Below, in pieces: positions 38,730 through 51,673 of a stretch of 64,000 nt of DNA (position 1 is the stretch's first letter; each line of letters opens with the position of its first letter). The notes under the pieces were generated by a model. That model was not told the DNA's origin. It searched no databases and saw nothing but the letters and a program-made list of their open reading frames with translations. The position numbers and the translations under genes are program-made. Source of the stretch: Podarcis bocagei (lineage: Eukaryota). Location of the stretch: assembly GCA_964188305.1 (NCBI GenBank), contig OZ076889.1; one strand, given 5' to 3'.

Positions 38730-38988
38730 GGGTGGAAGTCCCTGTAGTGCTAAGTGCAGTATGCATGCTGTGAATAAGGTCTTTTCGTGCAGAGGGGCTT
38801 CCCCCCACATTCCCACTGGATGCCCCCACATCCCCCAATCTGCTCTGGATGTTTGGGCAAACCCCCAGAATATGTTTATGGGCACATGGAGTGACTTAGA
38901 TGCATGGAAGAGGAAGGAAGCCCCTCTGCTTGAGTGGACATCATTCTCCACATGCGTACCCCACATAACAATATGTTGAATTCCACCC
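38730..38988. mobile_element. PIF/Harbinger-like MITE
   Basis: Terminal IR gggtggaagtc / gaattccaccc (10/11) and perfect internal IR gcagaggggcttcc / ggaagcccctctgc. Confidence 0.6.
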
Positions 38989-39446
38989 AGAGTTAGAAGG
39001 GAGAGCTTTGGGCAGCTTCATCAATTTTGACATTTGGATTGCTTTTCCTCTCAATGTGCAATGCAATGCAGACCTTTAAATAAAAGCTGCTAGCTTCGTC
39101 CAAAAAAAATTCACTCCCAGCAGGCAGTTCAGAATTGTTGTGTTTTATTGAAGGACCAAGTAACAGTCTTAAAGCACAGCTTTCACTGGTTTGTTTTAAG
39201 GACTTAAGAGGGATGAATAACAGCACAGCATAACCACAGGATGATAAATTTCAGTGTGCTGGAACTAATTTGTGAGACGACCCCACAAATTATCTTCATT
39301 GGGACGCCAAACAATTGAGTTTCCAGCTGGAGTTCCCCAGCCTGTGTTGAACTGAGTTAATTTTTTGTCCTTAGCTCAGCACAGGATTGCTGGTAACCTG
39401 TGGATGTGATGAATCAGTTAGATGACCACTTCACCAACAGGATGAC

Positions 39447-39733
39447 GTTGTTGTTGTTTAGTCATTTAGTTCTGTCCAATTGTTCGTGACCCCATGGACC
39501 AGAGCACGCCAGGCACTCCTGTCTTCTACTGCCTCCCACAGTTTGGTCAAACTCATGCTGGTAGCTTCAAGAACACTGCCCAACCATTTCGTTCTCTGTC
39601 GTTCCCTTCTCCTTGTGCCCTCAATCTTTCCCAACATCAGGGTCTTTTCCAGGGAGTCTTCTCTTCTCATGAGGTGGCCAAAGTATTGGAGCCTCAGCTT
39701 CAGGATCTGTCCTTCCAGTGAGCACTCAGAGCT
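39447..39733 (-). mobile_element. BovB LINE 3' end (ORF C-terminus)
   Basis: Translates ECSLEGQILKLRLQYFGHLMRREDSLEKTLMLGKIEGTRRR...WRALVHGVT, the RTE/BovB C-terminus; (TTG)n tail. Confidence 0.95.
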
Positions 39734-40459
39734 AATGATAACTACCATTGTGCTACAGCAAGACTGATCTGTGCATTGACACCAAGATTCCAAGAATATG
39801 CATAACATTCTGAGCATTTACAAGCTCTTGACACTCATCCCCCTCGCCCGTTGATTACCATTATAGAAGGGGGGCAGCAAGAATGAGCCTGTCACTCCCA
39901 TTCCACCCCCATTTCTGCAACACTCAGATAGTTGAATAACTGCGGTAGGGAGCCTATAGTGCTTTAATAAGTGCCCTACGTGATGTAAGGCCCTGATCTT
40001 CCAATGAGTAATTAACATTCATTTAAACTGTTATGAAATAATTAAAACTAAAATAACAATCTCTTGAGCCAAACTGGACACAATGGAGGAGATCCATGAT
40101 TAGAATCTCCTGACGTTTTTCATGGGAACTTCTCAAAATGCTATCAGGAGAAACTCTCCATGCTGTTTTCCTGATTAAAATTAAAATGCGCCTGTAAATT
40201 TATATTTGCTTCTTGGGGGAAAACTTTGAGGCAGCAATTATAAAAACCAGAGGTAGAGTGGGTGGAGCTGGATTAAAAGAATACTTTGAAAGGCCTCTGT
40301 TAAAATTGCCAAAGTCTGCACAGTCCCTTCACAAAATTTTGAAGGTTGCAATCCAGGTGATCTCATATACCAATTGGAGGAATTTGGAGATCACTGCTTG
40401 AGGGTTTTGGGAATATTGTTCTACTCTAACTGAGTGGCTATCATGCATGCTTACATATA

Positions 40460-40705
40460 CAGTTGTACCTTGGAAGTCGAACGGAATCTATTCTGGAAGT
40501 CCGTTTGACTTCCAAAACATTTGGAAACTAAATCATGGTTTCTGATTGGCTTCAGGAAGCTCCTATAGCTAATTGGAAGCCACAGAACGTTGGATGTTCG
40601 GCTTCCAAAAATAGTTCACAAACCGGAACAGTTACTTCCAGGTTTGTGGCGTTCAGAAGCCAAAACGTTTGAGAACTAAGCTGTTCAAAATCCAAGGTAC
40701 GGCTG
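40460..40705. mobile_element. pogo/Tigger-like MITE family B, copy 1
   Basis: TA|cagttgtaccttgga...tccaaggtacggctg|TA; internal palindrome tgattggc..caggaagc...aattggaagcc; homologous to 50501-50751. Confidence 0.88.
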
Positions 40706-41582
40706 TATTCTTATTTCATGTGTGGTCTTAGGTTTTCTACTCATAAAACATTTTAATGTGATTTCCATTGGGCTTTGGGTTCCTTCAAGTTTGTCTGTTT
40801 TGTTTTGCATAATGCTAGACCCATCATCTACTTTCATGTTGTTTTAAGTGGTTTAAAGGGGCTGGTGGCATTAAGTGTCATGAAGAGGAGACCATCAGCA
40901 ACTGGTGGCAGTTTTCCTTAACAGGCTTACAGGAAAAAACCAACAACTAGCAGTTCACTGGCTGCTCGCCCTATGTTTAAGTATGAAAGTCTGGCATTTC
41001 CTGGTATGGCAAGCGAGGAAGATCAACAGGTGGCTCCCAATAATCAGCTGATAGAAGGAAAATGTCACACACTTGTGTGCTCTTCCTTTCCTCCCCCCCC
41101 CCCCATGATCTAATCCCTATTCCAGGCCAGTTTCTAATTAGTAACTATACTTACTCCATGCTGCATCCTCTGTTCCTTGTCACCTGTGTTGCAGGACTGA
41201 AAATGGGACTTTGCAGAGTGCTTTTTGGGTCCTTCTCCTCGGTATTTTCATGTCACCAAATCCTTGCTTAGAACCTGCTTTAAATCTCTTCAATTCTCAT
41301 TCTCTCACTTCTAAATGTGGCTTACAACCTCACATGCAACCCCTCATCTATTGAACGCTCCAGCTGTGTTTTGCTTTTCATTCTGCTAACTCAGGCATGC
41401 ACATTTCATACAGAGAATCCAGAGAAATACCCGAGTATTTTGCACACTGTGGAGATAATTTTGGCACACCTCTTACTTTACTACACATGAACAGAATATG
41501 CACACTAATTTAAGCTGAAATCATGGTTGATTAAACCCTAATGTTAATTCCTGCATTTATGATACAATCTTAATTTCTAACT

Positions 41583-41893
41583 CAAGGACAGGAAGACGAA
41601 CAAACCTCTGTCGTTACCTGGAGGGAGAGGCTGCCCCCAGTGGTGAAAGAAGGCTCCTCTGGCACCGCGGTGCATGTGCGGTGCCGATACAGATGGCGCA
41701 TGTGCGGTGCTGATACTGCCAGCGCCGCTTGAGTGCCGTACGGAAGACGCTCGAGCGCCGCCCATAACAACAGCAAGCGCACCCTTGGCTGCCCTACAGT
41801 GAGTGTAGCCCTCGGCCGCCTGCCATTTTGTCACCACCCCCCTCAGGGTGACACTCAGGGCAGGCCACCCCACACCCCCTTCCTACGCCCCAG
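41583..41893. mobile_element. CpG-rich non-autonomous hAT (Tip100-like) element
   Basis: Abrupt GC/CpG-rich island ending cccccttcctacgccccag; internal repeat gcatgtgcggtgc(c/t)gatac x2; left end uncertain. Confidence 0.55.
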
Positions 41894-42063
41894 CTGCCCC
41901 AAGGATGTCATTTCAAGTGTCATTGAAGGGCAGAAAATGGTTGATTTTGCGTTTTCATAATAAATAAATAATGTGAAATATATCAATAAAAGTCAGAGTT
42001 AAAAACAAGTTAACCTAAAAAAATTCAAAATAAAACCATATATAAATATTATATATATATATA

Positions 42064-42305
42064 CAGTCATACCTCGGGTTGAAGAAGTTTCAGGTTAAGC
42101 ATTTTCGGGTTGTGCTCCACGGCGACCCAGAAGTAACAGAGTGTGTTACTTCCAGGTCTCGCCGCTTGCTCATGCGCAGATGCTCAAAATGACGTTGCGC
42201 ATGCGCGGAAGCGGCGAATCGCAACCCGCAGGTGCGGGTTGCATTCCCTTCAGGATACAAATGGGGCTCCGGAACGGATCCCATTCGCATCCAGAGGTAC
42301 CACTG
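42064..42305. mobile_element. pogo/Tigger-like MITE family C
   Basis: Inserted at the end of a (TA)n run; cagtcatacctc / gaggtaccactg ends; CpG-rich gcgcatgcgc interior. Confidence 0.85.
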
Positions 42306-43071
42306 TGTATACACACACATACAGAAATCTCAAAGTGGAGAAGACAAATAGATTTTTCAGTCTATATTAAAACACATATTTCAGTAGTCTTACCAAAACA
42401 AAAAAGTTTTTAGTTTTGCTATTTATTTTATTGTATTTTTTACTCAGAGAGAGAGGCACTTTGGGGGTTTTCTGCTGCAAGGGACAAAATAACTTGGTAT
42501 TTTATGCACCTGGGAAGGCACCATTTGTTGGCATCCCCTACCTGGACAAAGTCTTAAAAGTGGCACAGTAATCTTTCTTCTTTCCTTTTCTCACACAACA
42601 CCATGTGGTTCCAGAGGCACATGCAGACTGGTATGCGTGTGTTTGCATGCTGAGAAAGCTGTATGTGATTTCTACCAGCAAGTTGCAAAGTGTTACAGAA
42701 AGAGCCAGGAACCCTTCCATTATTCTCATTTCTTCTTTCAATTTGATGTGATGGGTTTTATTCTGCGTACGCAAACTTTCTATCAAATCAGTAGACTTTT
42801 ATAGCCAAATCTACTATGAAACAAACAGCAGGCCACAAATCTGTCTCATTTCGTTTCTACAGACCCACATTCTCAAATACTGATGCACCCCAAGCCATTC
42901 TCCTGACTCCAGTTCTCCCTTCCCAAGCAGTGCAGTTGGAAATCTCATTTTTTAAAAAAGGAATACCCATATCATCCTGAAAAATCTATTTGGCTTTTCC
43001 TATTTTCTCCCTGCTCCCCTGCTCCATTTTCATCAACTCTTAAGCTTCCTCCTTTGGACTGAACTGCTGTT

Positions 43072-43467
43072 AATAATAATAATGTTAATGATTTTATTGT
43101 TTATGCCCGATCCATCTGGCTGGGTTTCTCCAGCCACTCTTGGGCAGCTTCCAGCAAAATACAAAAAATAATAAAATGTCAGACATTAAAAACTTCCCTA
43201 AACAGGGCTGCCTTCAGATGTCTTCTAAATGTCGGATAGTTGTTTATTTCCTTGACATCTGATGGGAGGGTGTTCCACAGGGCGGGCACCACTACCAAGA
43301 AGGCCCTCTGCCTGGTTCCCTGTAACCTCACTTCTTGCAGTGAGGGAACCTCCTGAAGGCCCTCGGAAGTGGACCTCAGTGTCTGGGCTGAATGATGGAG
43401 GTGGAGATGCTCCTTCAGATATACTGGGATGAGGCCATTTAAGGCTTTAAAGGTCAGTACTAGCACT
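43072..43467 (-). mobile_element. L2 LINE 3' end (ORF2 C-terminus, 3' UTR and tail)
   Basis: Translates VLVLTFKALNGL.PVYLKE...LRS...RAF.VV.P.LWNTLP...FRRHLKAALF; microsatellite-like (TAA)n tail at the left; possible TSD tgctgtt. Confidence 0.92.
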
Positions 43468-44005
43468 TGCTGTTTCAATACAGTGGAAGAGTATGTGGAT
43501 GTAGTATGTTCATCTAATTGCATTCATTATAGTACTTTCTCGTGAGCTATTTTAGGATATTTTAGAGGAAAGGCAAGCATGACATTATGGAAGAAATCAG
43601 AGGCTGCTTTTCACCACTCCTACTTCCACCACCTAGCTTTACATTTTAAATAAAAATACTAAACACCAGTGAATTGAAAACTGGTTTAGCCTAGGGGTTA
43701 TTTACTCAGTGAATATATAGTGACACTTCCCAGTTGAGCAAGGCCTTATGTGTGGCTGCTTCATTCTCAGTGATGATCCCACCGCACATACACCAGTGAT
43801 CACTTGGAAGTACAAGGTACCTTCATTGCCTCCTTTGTGCAAATAATTCCTGGTGCTTTGGAGCAGTAGTTGTATGCAGTCATTGGCTTGATATAACCAA
43901 AAATACCCCAGCTGGCTTCTCCTGCTGGTTTCTTCAGGACTCAGTATTGGAGTGGGAGAGGTATCTCTGAATTAAAAAACTGGACCCACAACACAATAAA
44001 AGTTA

Positions 44006-44236
44006 CAGTGGTACCTCGGGTTACATATGCTTCAGGTTACAGATGCTTCAGGTTACAGACTCCGCTAACCCAGAAATAGTACCTCGGGTTAAGAACTTTG
44101 CTTCAGGATGAGAACGGAAATCATGCGGCAGCAGTGGGAGGCCCCATTAGCTAAAGTGGTACCTCAGGTTAAGAACAGTTTCAGGTTAAGAACGGATCTC
44201 CTGAATGAATTAAGTTCTTAACCCGAGGTACCACTG
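44006..44236. mobile_element. pogo/Tigger-like MITE family A, copy 3
   Basis: TA|cagtggtacctcgggtta...taacccgaggtaccactg|TA. Confidence 0.93.
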
Positions 44237-44296
44237 TATCTCTGCCCTAGTAGAATCCTATGTGAGCATGTCCACAGGTTTGCCCAGCATTTAGAT

Positions 44297-44433
44297 CAGG
44301 GTGTGGCACCTGTGGCCCTCCAGATGTTTTTGGACTCCAATTTCCATCTGCCCCAGTCAGCATGGGCAATTATCACTGATGATGGGAGTTGTAGTCCAGG
44401 AACATTAGGAGTATCACAAGTGCCACCTCCCCG
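44297..44433. mobile_element. Palindromic hAT MITE
   Basis: cagggtgtggcacctgtggccctccagatgttt...gatgggagttgtagtcca; TSD atttagat / atctagat (7/8). Confidence 0.85.
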
Positions 44434-47291
44434 ATCTAGATATAATATATCCACTGCACCCCCTTATCTATTACACCAATAGCATAAATGCAGTTAGATT
44501 CATCAGGCAAATTGTTCAATATTTATACATTTACAAGTTAGGGTTTTTTATGGACATTCACCTAATCATCACTTGCAGAAAAGAGGTCTTCAGTAAAACT
44601 AACATAAAATAAAACATGAATAGGCCATTGATGATCATTAGCATATTTGACAGAAAAAAATACTATGGTGTAGAGGAAATGTAGAACTGTGCTGATACTT
44701 GCCACTATGGCCTCTCTCCCTTTTGATCCCAGTTCTCCAACAGGTATGGCTGAGACACTGTGTGCCAAGTAGCATATTGCAGAACACCCATGCTTCCTAG
44801 CAGCTACATCTTCTACTCAGAAGCTGTGCAAAGGAAGCCAGATGGAGTTCGCTGTGGGTGCACAGTGGGAGATCAACTAAAGAACATGTCGCACTCCCTG
44901 AACCTGGAGAGGCACACCTGTTACTTCCTTGTCTTTGATCTCTGGGAAAGCGGAACAACTCACCAAAGGAGGTAAGGAGAAGATTAGTGCGGTGTTTCCA
45001 GCAATATTCTACACTGGATCACATACAGAAGCAGGTACCAATTAAAGATTGCACAGCATGAAGCAGATCAGATGGTAGTTGCAATTGAATGGTATAATTC
45101 AACACCACAGAGTCACAATTCTTGATGGAAGTTATGACACCAGAGTAGGTTAGTTAACAATACTGCCAAATGGAAGCAACAGTTTGTGATGAATATTGCT
45201 TGTAGTAAAATGTGGCATCGTGAAAATGAATGCTTCCTACTGGCTAATGTGCCATGCATCCTAGCAGTTATTTCAAAAGGGTTCTCATGAATGTATTTGC
45301 AAGAGTTCTGAAAATCCCGCTTTATTTCAGACACCAAAATCTGGTGTCTATGCTATAACTGCCCCTGCAACTCAGAAATATTGCCAATAATACTCTAGTG
45401 ATGTTGACATTAGGTGCTCATGCACTTAAGGACTAATGATTATTCGTGGAATTTTATACTGTTCTCTCCTCCACTGCATGGTATCCAAAGGGGACAATTG
45501 AGGACTAGGAAGCAGAGCAAATAACTCAACCAAGGATTTGGTTCACACACTTCTGCTGTGCCCCCAAGTCAAGAATCCATCACCCAATGACAGCTGAAAT
45601 GAAAACATGGCTGCTTGGGTGAAACTGATGCATAATTCTGAGGAATCTGTGCCCAGGAAATGTGGTGCAAATCATCCTTAACTGCTTACCTTGCTGAATT
45701 CCATATGTATTTGCAAGTCTGGATCAAGCATTTGTATCAACAGAAACGCTTTTTAAAATTATTCTAGAAAATAGATAGATGCAAAAGCACTATATTGGTT
45801 GTCTCCAAGTGGATTTTTGAGGTTAGAAGAGAGACTACAGTATGAGATTCCTGTTAGGGTGTCCACAGGAATAATTACATACAGAAACTTCCTATGGAGG
45901 CAATTCCCCCAGGAGACAGTTAAAGAGGTCAAAATGATAGTCTCTGACTGCTCCACTGGGATGATCATAATCAACCTGAGCAAAAATGAATGGATTTGTT
46001 TCTACAATGTCTTGCAACCAGTTTGCAGGAGTGCACAGCAGAAGTAGCAAGCTCAAGATGGGCAAAATGGGGGATTTAGTTCAAGGCACATAAGCCCTAA
46101 GTCATTTCCCAAGAAACATCCATCTAACCCACTTTAACCTTTAAAGTAAACCCCAATGTTCCAATGACATTTGTTAAGTATATATGCTATTTCACCTCTC
46201 TCCGAAGGAAGTCTCCCCTTTTCTCAAAGCTTCGGCAAAAGACAGTGTTCCACTTGTTTTCTATACAACATGAGCCACAGAAGATAAATAATTTACCAAC
46301 AATTCTAAATCAAGCATGGTATATTTGCTACAGACTAAAGGATAGAGGGGATTACTTTAAGCAGAATTGTGTGAGTGTATGTGCCTACCCATCCATCCAT
46401 CCATCATCCAGAACAGAAAACCTAGGCACTTTTCAGATGGAGGATAAGATTAAATATGCTATATATAGGCTTACAAATGTATCCTGTCATAGGGCTGCCA
46501 AGAGCTTCACAACATTTCAGCTATTAAGGATTAAAAGCTAATTATACATGCAAACTTCCCCTTTTCCTTTTCTCCTGTGAAACAGGGAAGTCACAGCATT
46601 TTTAGTTTAATATGGCTTCGTTCTGGCAACTAATGTTGCATTTGCTGTGATTTACCTGATTTTATTTTATTTCCATCACAAGCCACTTTAAATTCCAAAG
46701 CTGTAGAGCAGAATAAAACAACAACAACAACAACAACATCATCATGGCCAGCTGCCCAGCTCCTAAAATGACTTGATGGTCTTTTGCTAGAGTTTCAGCA
46801 TTCAAATTCAAACAGGTCTCACTCTACTCATTTCCTAGATGGAAAGACTGTTTGGAATCCTTCCTTCATATATGCTACTACAAGCTATTTGTGAAACAGT
46901 CATATACAAATGCACAGACAAAGAATGCTTCAAAAAGCCTGCAACCAGCTGGCCGGATATTGAAGCAAGTCCATTCTTCTAGCTCTTCTTTACATACAAT
47001 TTTATCCATTTACACAGAGATCTTCCCACCTCCATCAACTCCTTCAGTACGTTATCAATCACTTTATTGGCATATTAGCAATCCTTTTATTGTGCTGTGT
47101 GCATTAAATTCACTGTCATGATACATTCAGCATTATTTGTACCTGTTAGCTTTGCTGAGCTGTAATAAAAGGACATATTCCTCACATACCCTTTTCTGAC
47201 ACAGCATGAGAGTGCCAAATGCATTATTGTGAAGGCAGGTCAAGGCTGACAACAAAGAACTGCTACATACAAGCTGAACTTCCTTAAACCC

Positions 47292-47385
47292 AAGCTGAAA
47301 TTCTAGGAACTGTTACCTGGGAATAAGTCCCATTGAACACAATAGGACTCATTTCTGAGCACACATCTATAGGATTAGATTGAAC
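47292..47385. mobile_element. Short palindromic (Harbinger-like) MITE remnant
   Basis: ttacctgggaataagtcccattgaacacaataggactcatttctgag...tataggatt; similar decayed copies near 7843-7911 and 12325-12400. Confidence 0.55.
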
Positions 47386-49394
47386 ATCATTTCATGTCAG
47401 AAACTGCATTGCTTCTTGTGTGCACGTGCCTATGTATAGCCATGGGAGGAGTTCAACATTATGCAGAGGTGATCATTCCATCAGGGCAAGCATATTTTAG
47501 CCCCATATAAATTGTGAAAATTGGCAAATCACAGAGGGTACATAGGGGATACGAAGGAGGAGGACCCCATTGCACAAGCAGGCATCCTTGCAGAAGACTT
47601 CTGCTGACAGGACTCATTTGTACATATGGCAAAATAGACATATATAAATTTATAAGACACAGATACAATTTACTATTTTCTAATTAGATTTTTTATTTAG
47701 AACCAATTGCGTATTTCCAAAATTGGAAAAAATATAAATGAAAAGCAAGCTAAAATATATGATCACACACACACTGTACATACTAAGTGTGCAATCCTAA
47801 GTCCCTAAGGTGACACTCCAGGAGCTAAAGGAAGGTCCACTGTGAAGATCATCCTTTGACCGGCAGTAGAAAGCTCCACCACTATAGCTCCTCTGAGCAG
47901 AAAGGGCAAAATAGAATCATTTCCAACTGATGCAGCCTCATAATGCAGTCCAAGCTAGACAGTGTGGTGGCCAGGTGTGTCCAGCATGGTATGAATTCAT
48001 TGTCTGCTGATTTTCATGCATTTTGGAAGCACTGGACAAACTGCTTCACAATTCCTGTGCTCACTGCTTCCTAAGTGCTCAACAGCCAGCTGGTTGTTGA
48101 GCAATTTGGAAGCAATTGCACAAATTGGCCGTGCCTGTAAAGCCCCTTTTGACCAAGCCCTGCCCTTACCTCCCTTCCACTCCCTGATGTCATATATGAT
48201 TTCATGTGCAAGGCAAGTAAGGGCAGGGTTTCACTCAAATGGCCTCAGGGGCCAAATAGGGAGGCATTGTAGGCCAAATTTGTCCCATGAGGCAGAGGTT
48301 CCTGGCTCCTTTTCCTGGATCTGGGGATACAGCAAATGCATTTTTACTTTGGTCTCCTCAAAACACCTGTTTCCATGTTACGGAGAACCAGCAAGAGAAG
48401 AAGCTTGAGTGAGAGATGTTCCCTCTTTGTACACTTCTATTGCAGTGTGTAAAAGTAAGACTTGGGATCTTCCTCATATTGACATTTATAACCCTCAGAA
48501 GCTTGGTGGTGTTCATGTTCTTCACTGATCTACAAGTTTCATTTCTTATGTTGCAGCAGAACAGACAGATGAAATGCAGCTCACTTGCATTTCCCCTTTT
48601 TCTGCTGTTTATAGCATAGTAAATAACCAGGAACCTACAAGCCTCATTGCTCATTATACTGAAGGACTTCAGTTTACCTTGTTTTTAAAAGAAACAAAAA
48701 CAACAAAAAGAAAAGCCAAGCAAAATGTATATCTCTTCTTCTGGAAAGAGGTACAGAAAGCACGGACTCACTTAGAGCTAGAGCTAGGAGCTCTAAGTGA
48801 GCTCTAAGCAGAGGAAGTTGCAAAACATGTGTGCTAAGATGTTTTACGCCCACATTGTATGCCTCAATAAAACACCTGTCACATAAATGTCAGTCTTCAC
48901 TTTCATAATATATTGGGGCCACCAGGTCCTATCACACACAAATACCAAAGACTAAATCTGTACACTGCACAATATCCTTGAGCACAACAGATAACTGTTT
49001 TATAATAGTTGTTTCATGTAACTAAGTGATCGTAGATTTGAGAAAGATCAGCCTAACAGTTTTCTGTATAAAATATGTTACTTTTGTCTGAATTAAAAAA
49101 GACCTACTAATTCATGTCTATTCTTGAAAACATACTTTTACTATCTGCCAGTGATAAGTGCTAAATTAAAATGAAATACAGTCTGTCCTCCCATTCTTTG
49201 ATTGTCTACTGCCCTTAGAAGTCATGTTTGATAGTTGAAACAAACACAATTCTTTTGACCAATAATAATAATAAAGCATCAAATTACCTCAGTAATCTGT
49301 TTCCGGTCATGAAGCCTAGATCCACTTAGCAGTCACCATGCCTTGGCCACTGTTTAAAAGAAATAAATACCAATTAGGGAACTGGATTTACAAA

Positions 49395-49541
49395 TACAGA
49401 TAGCTCAGCCAGTAGAGCATGAGACTCTCAACTTCCGGAGAGTGGGTTCAAGCCCCATGTTGGACAAAAGATTTCTGCATTGCTGGGAGGCTGGTCTAGC
49501 ATCACCTTGTGGTCCCTTCCAACTCTACAATTTTATGATTC
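49395..49541 (+). mobile_element. tRNA-Lys(CTT)-headed SINE with CR1-derived tail
   Basis: tagctcagccagtagagcatgagactctcaa...gtgggttcaagccccatgttgg matches tRNA-Lys(CTT); tail ggtcccttccaactctacaattttatgattc is a CR1-type 3' end. Confidence 0.85.
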
Positions 49542-50372
49542 GATCTGTCATCAGTTTGGTTGAATGAGCTTTTATCAAGCAGATCCATGGAGGAATATAG
49601 AATAAAGAAGATCTGGGGGAAGCCAAACCAGATTAAGGGCAATTCACACGATCACTTGGGACCAGTAATTATCAAGGAATAAAATTATCATCTTTTGATA
49701 AAGTATCCTCCATGTAACATTTTGTTCACATAGTAAATAAACGCCTATTGGTGACAGTGACCCATGACTATTCATGCAATCAACTTGATACAGAAACAAT
49801 AATCACATGACCAACACGGGCATGCTTATTGCTTCTCAGTCATCCCATTATTCTTAGTATTACATTTTAAGGTCACCTTTCACAGATATGACCAAAGATG
49901 TTGCAAAAATGGTCCACAATGCTGGTTTAAGAAGGGTGGACTAATTTAGCACTTCAGATTTGTCAAGAACCCTGCAGCTATATATTGTATAACTAGATAT
50001 GTGAGGGCCTTGGTTTTCGTTTGTTAACAAAGCCCCCCAAAATGGCTTTAATCTCCACCTTTTCTTCTGCACCCATAAAAGTCATACACTTGGTGTGTTC
50101 AATGAGTCTTTAGGAATAATAGAGTCAATCCTTTAAGAACCAAAATACTGTGGTGGACATTTCAAGGAGAGAAAAAGAGCAGATATATTAAAACAATTTC
50201 AGCAATTTCCTTTGGTATTGAAAGTTGTGACCCTTTGAATAGCAGCTCCAATGCATTTCTATTTAATGGCACAGATCTACATTTAAAGCCCTAAGGCTTG
50301 GAATACACACAGAAGCCTCATGTATTTATTTTATGAAGAGTAACATTAACTTCAGAATACTTTCATGAATGT

Positions 50373-50395
50373 TGTGTGTGTGTGTGTGTGTGTGT
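50373..50395. repeat. (TG)n microsatellite
   Basis: Seen directly. Confidence 0.95.
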
Positions 50396-50500
50396 CAAAA
50401 GAAGTCTGCAGCATTTTGAAAGGGCATACTGTGATACACACACTGGTTTTCAAAAAATTGTTTGCAAATATAATACTAAAATAAATCCTCATGTCACATA

Positions 50501-50751
50501 CAGCCATACCTTGGAAATTGAACAGAATCTGTTCCGGAAATCCTTTTGACTTCCGAAATGTTTGGAAACCAAAGTGTGGCTTCTGATTGGCTGCAGGAAG
50601 CAGCTGCAACCAATTGGAAGCCGTGGAAGCCCCATCAGATGTTTGGCTTCCAAAAGAACATTTGAAAACCAAAACAATCACTTCCGGGTTTTGATCGTCC
50701 TGGAGCCGATTTGTTCAGGAGCCAAGGCATTTGAGATCCAAGGTACAAATG
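50501..50751. mobile_element. pogo/Tigger-like MITE family B, copy 2
   Basis: TA|cagccataccttgga...tccaaggtacaaatg|TA; homologous to 40460-40705. Confidence 0.88.
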
Positions 50752-51199
50752 TACTACTTTCCAGTTTGACCTTGACATTTTTCCTACTAATATTTAATAG
50801 GATTTTTAACCCAAAACAAGATCCAAGAAGTTCACACCACAAAATATGTTCTGAAAGTATTCTGATTTCACCTCCCACCCCCAAAGAAACCTGTCCAAAT
50901 GTGGAATGATGTTCCAGGTCTAGATTTCTGCCATGGTGTTGCTGGAGTACATCTGTCGCTGGACAATTATCCCAGACCATTGGCAATGCTGACTGAGACT
51001 GATAACAGATGGAGTCCAACAGCTTCTGGGGAACCACATATTTCCATCCTCTCTTTTAAGGAGAAATCGGGTACCTATACAATTCCCACAAGCCATGCAG
51101 GCTTTCAGCACTTTTTTTTTGTTTGTTTCAGGAGTTTGCCAGTTGAAATTAATTTATTAATTCATAAAAAGCTTTAAGGCAAGTTTCTTGCATCTTTGT

Positions 51200-51653
51200 T
51201 CCCTGAATATCTATCCCATTTCCAGTCCATAACTCCATTAGGAACAGATGGGAAAGGAAGGAAAATTCAGGACCTTGGATAAGGACTAAAGTACAAGTTC
51301 AGGACCATGGTTAGTGATCCTGCAGCTGAGTCAGAAAACAAAAGCTATCTCAGAAGTATCTTGGAACAACGGGCAGAGCCTTATATTGTGGGCTAGGTAG
51401 TCAAGATGGAACCCTACCTGCTAAGTGTCCATCTGCAGCCAGTTGCTTTTTAAGCAGTGGGTTTTCTAGCAGTGGGGACTGTTTCAGAGAAAAATCCTGG
51501 GAGTTCTCCCAGTCCTCTGAGATGTCTGTGGTCCAGACTTGGGTGTTTTAGAGTTGAGATGCCAGTGGACACACTGTGGAATGGCCAGGAAGTGGAGGCA
51601 TCTCCTCCTCAGGGCTGCTGCTGTAGGAGGATTCTTGGCCTGGGGCCATGACA
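51200..51653 (-). mobile_element. Possible degraded solo LTR (Gypsy-like)
   Basis: Minus strand begins TGTCATGGCCCC, is locally GC-richer and has a TATA-like gcttaaaaag; the far end and TSD were not found. Confidence 0.3.
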
Positions 51654-51673
51654 ATAGAGAAGGCTTTAAACTG

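Noticed and set aside
44811-44976. Possible plus-strand exon ending at AG|GTAAG
   Set aside because: Weak acceptor and unrecognisable peptide; no supporting neighbouring exons.
49395-49466. Functional tRNA-Lys gene
   Set aside because: Acceptor and anticodon regions are mutated, and it continues into a CR1 tail; it is a SINE head.
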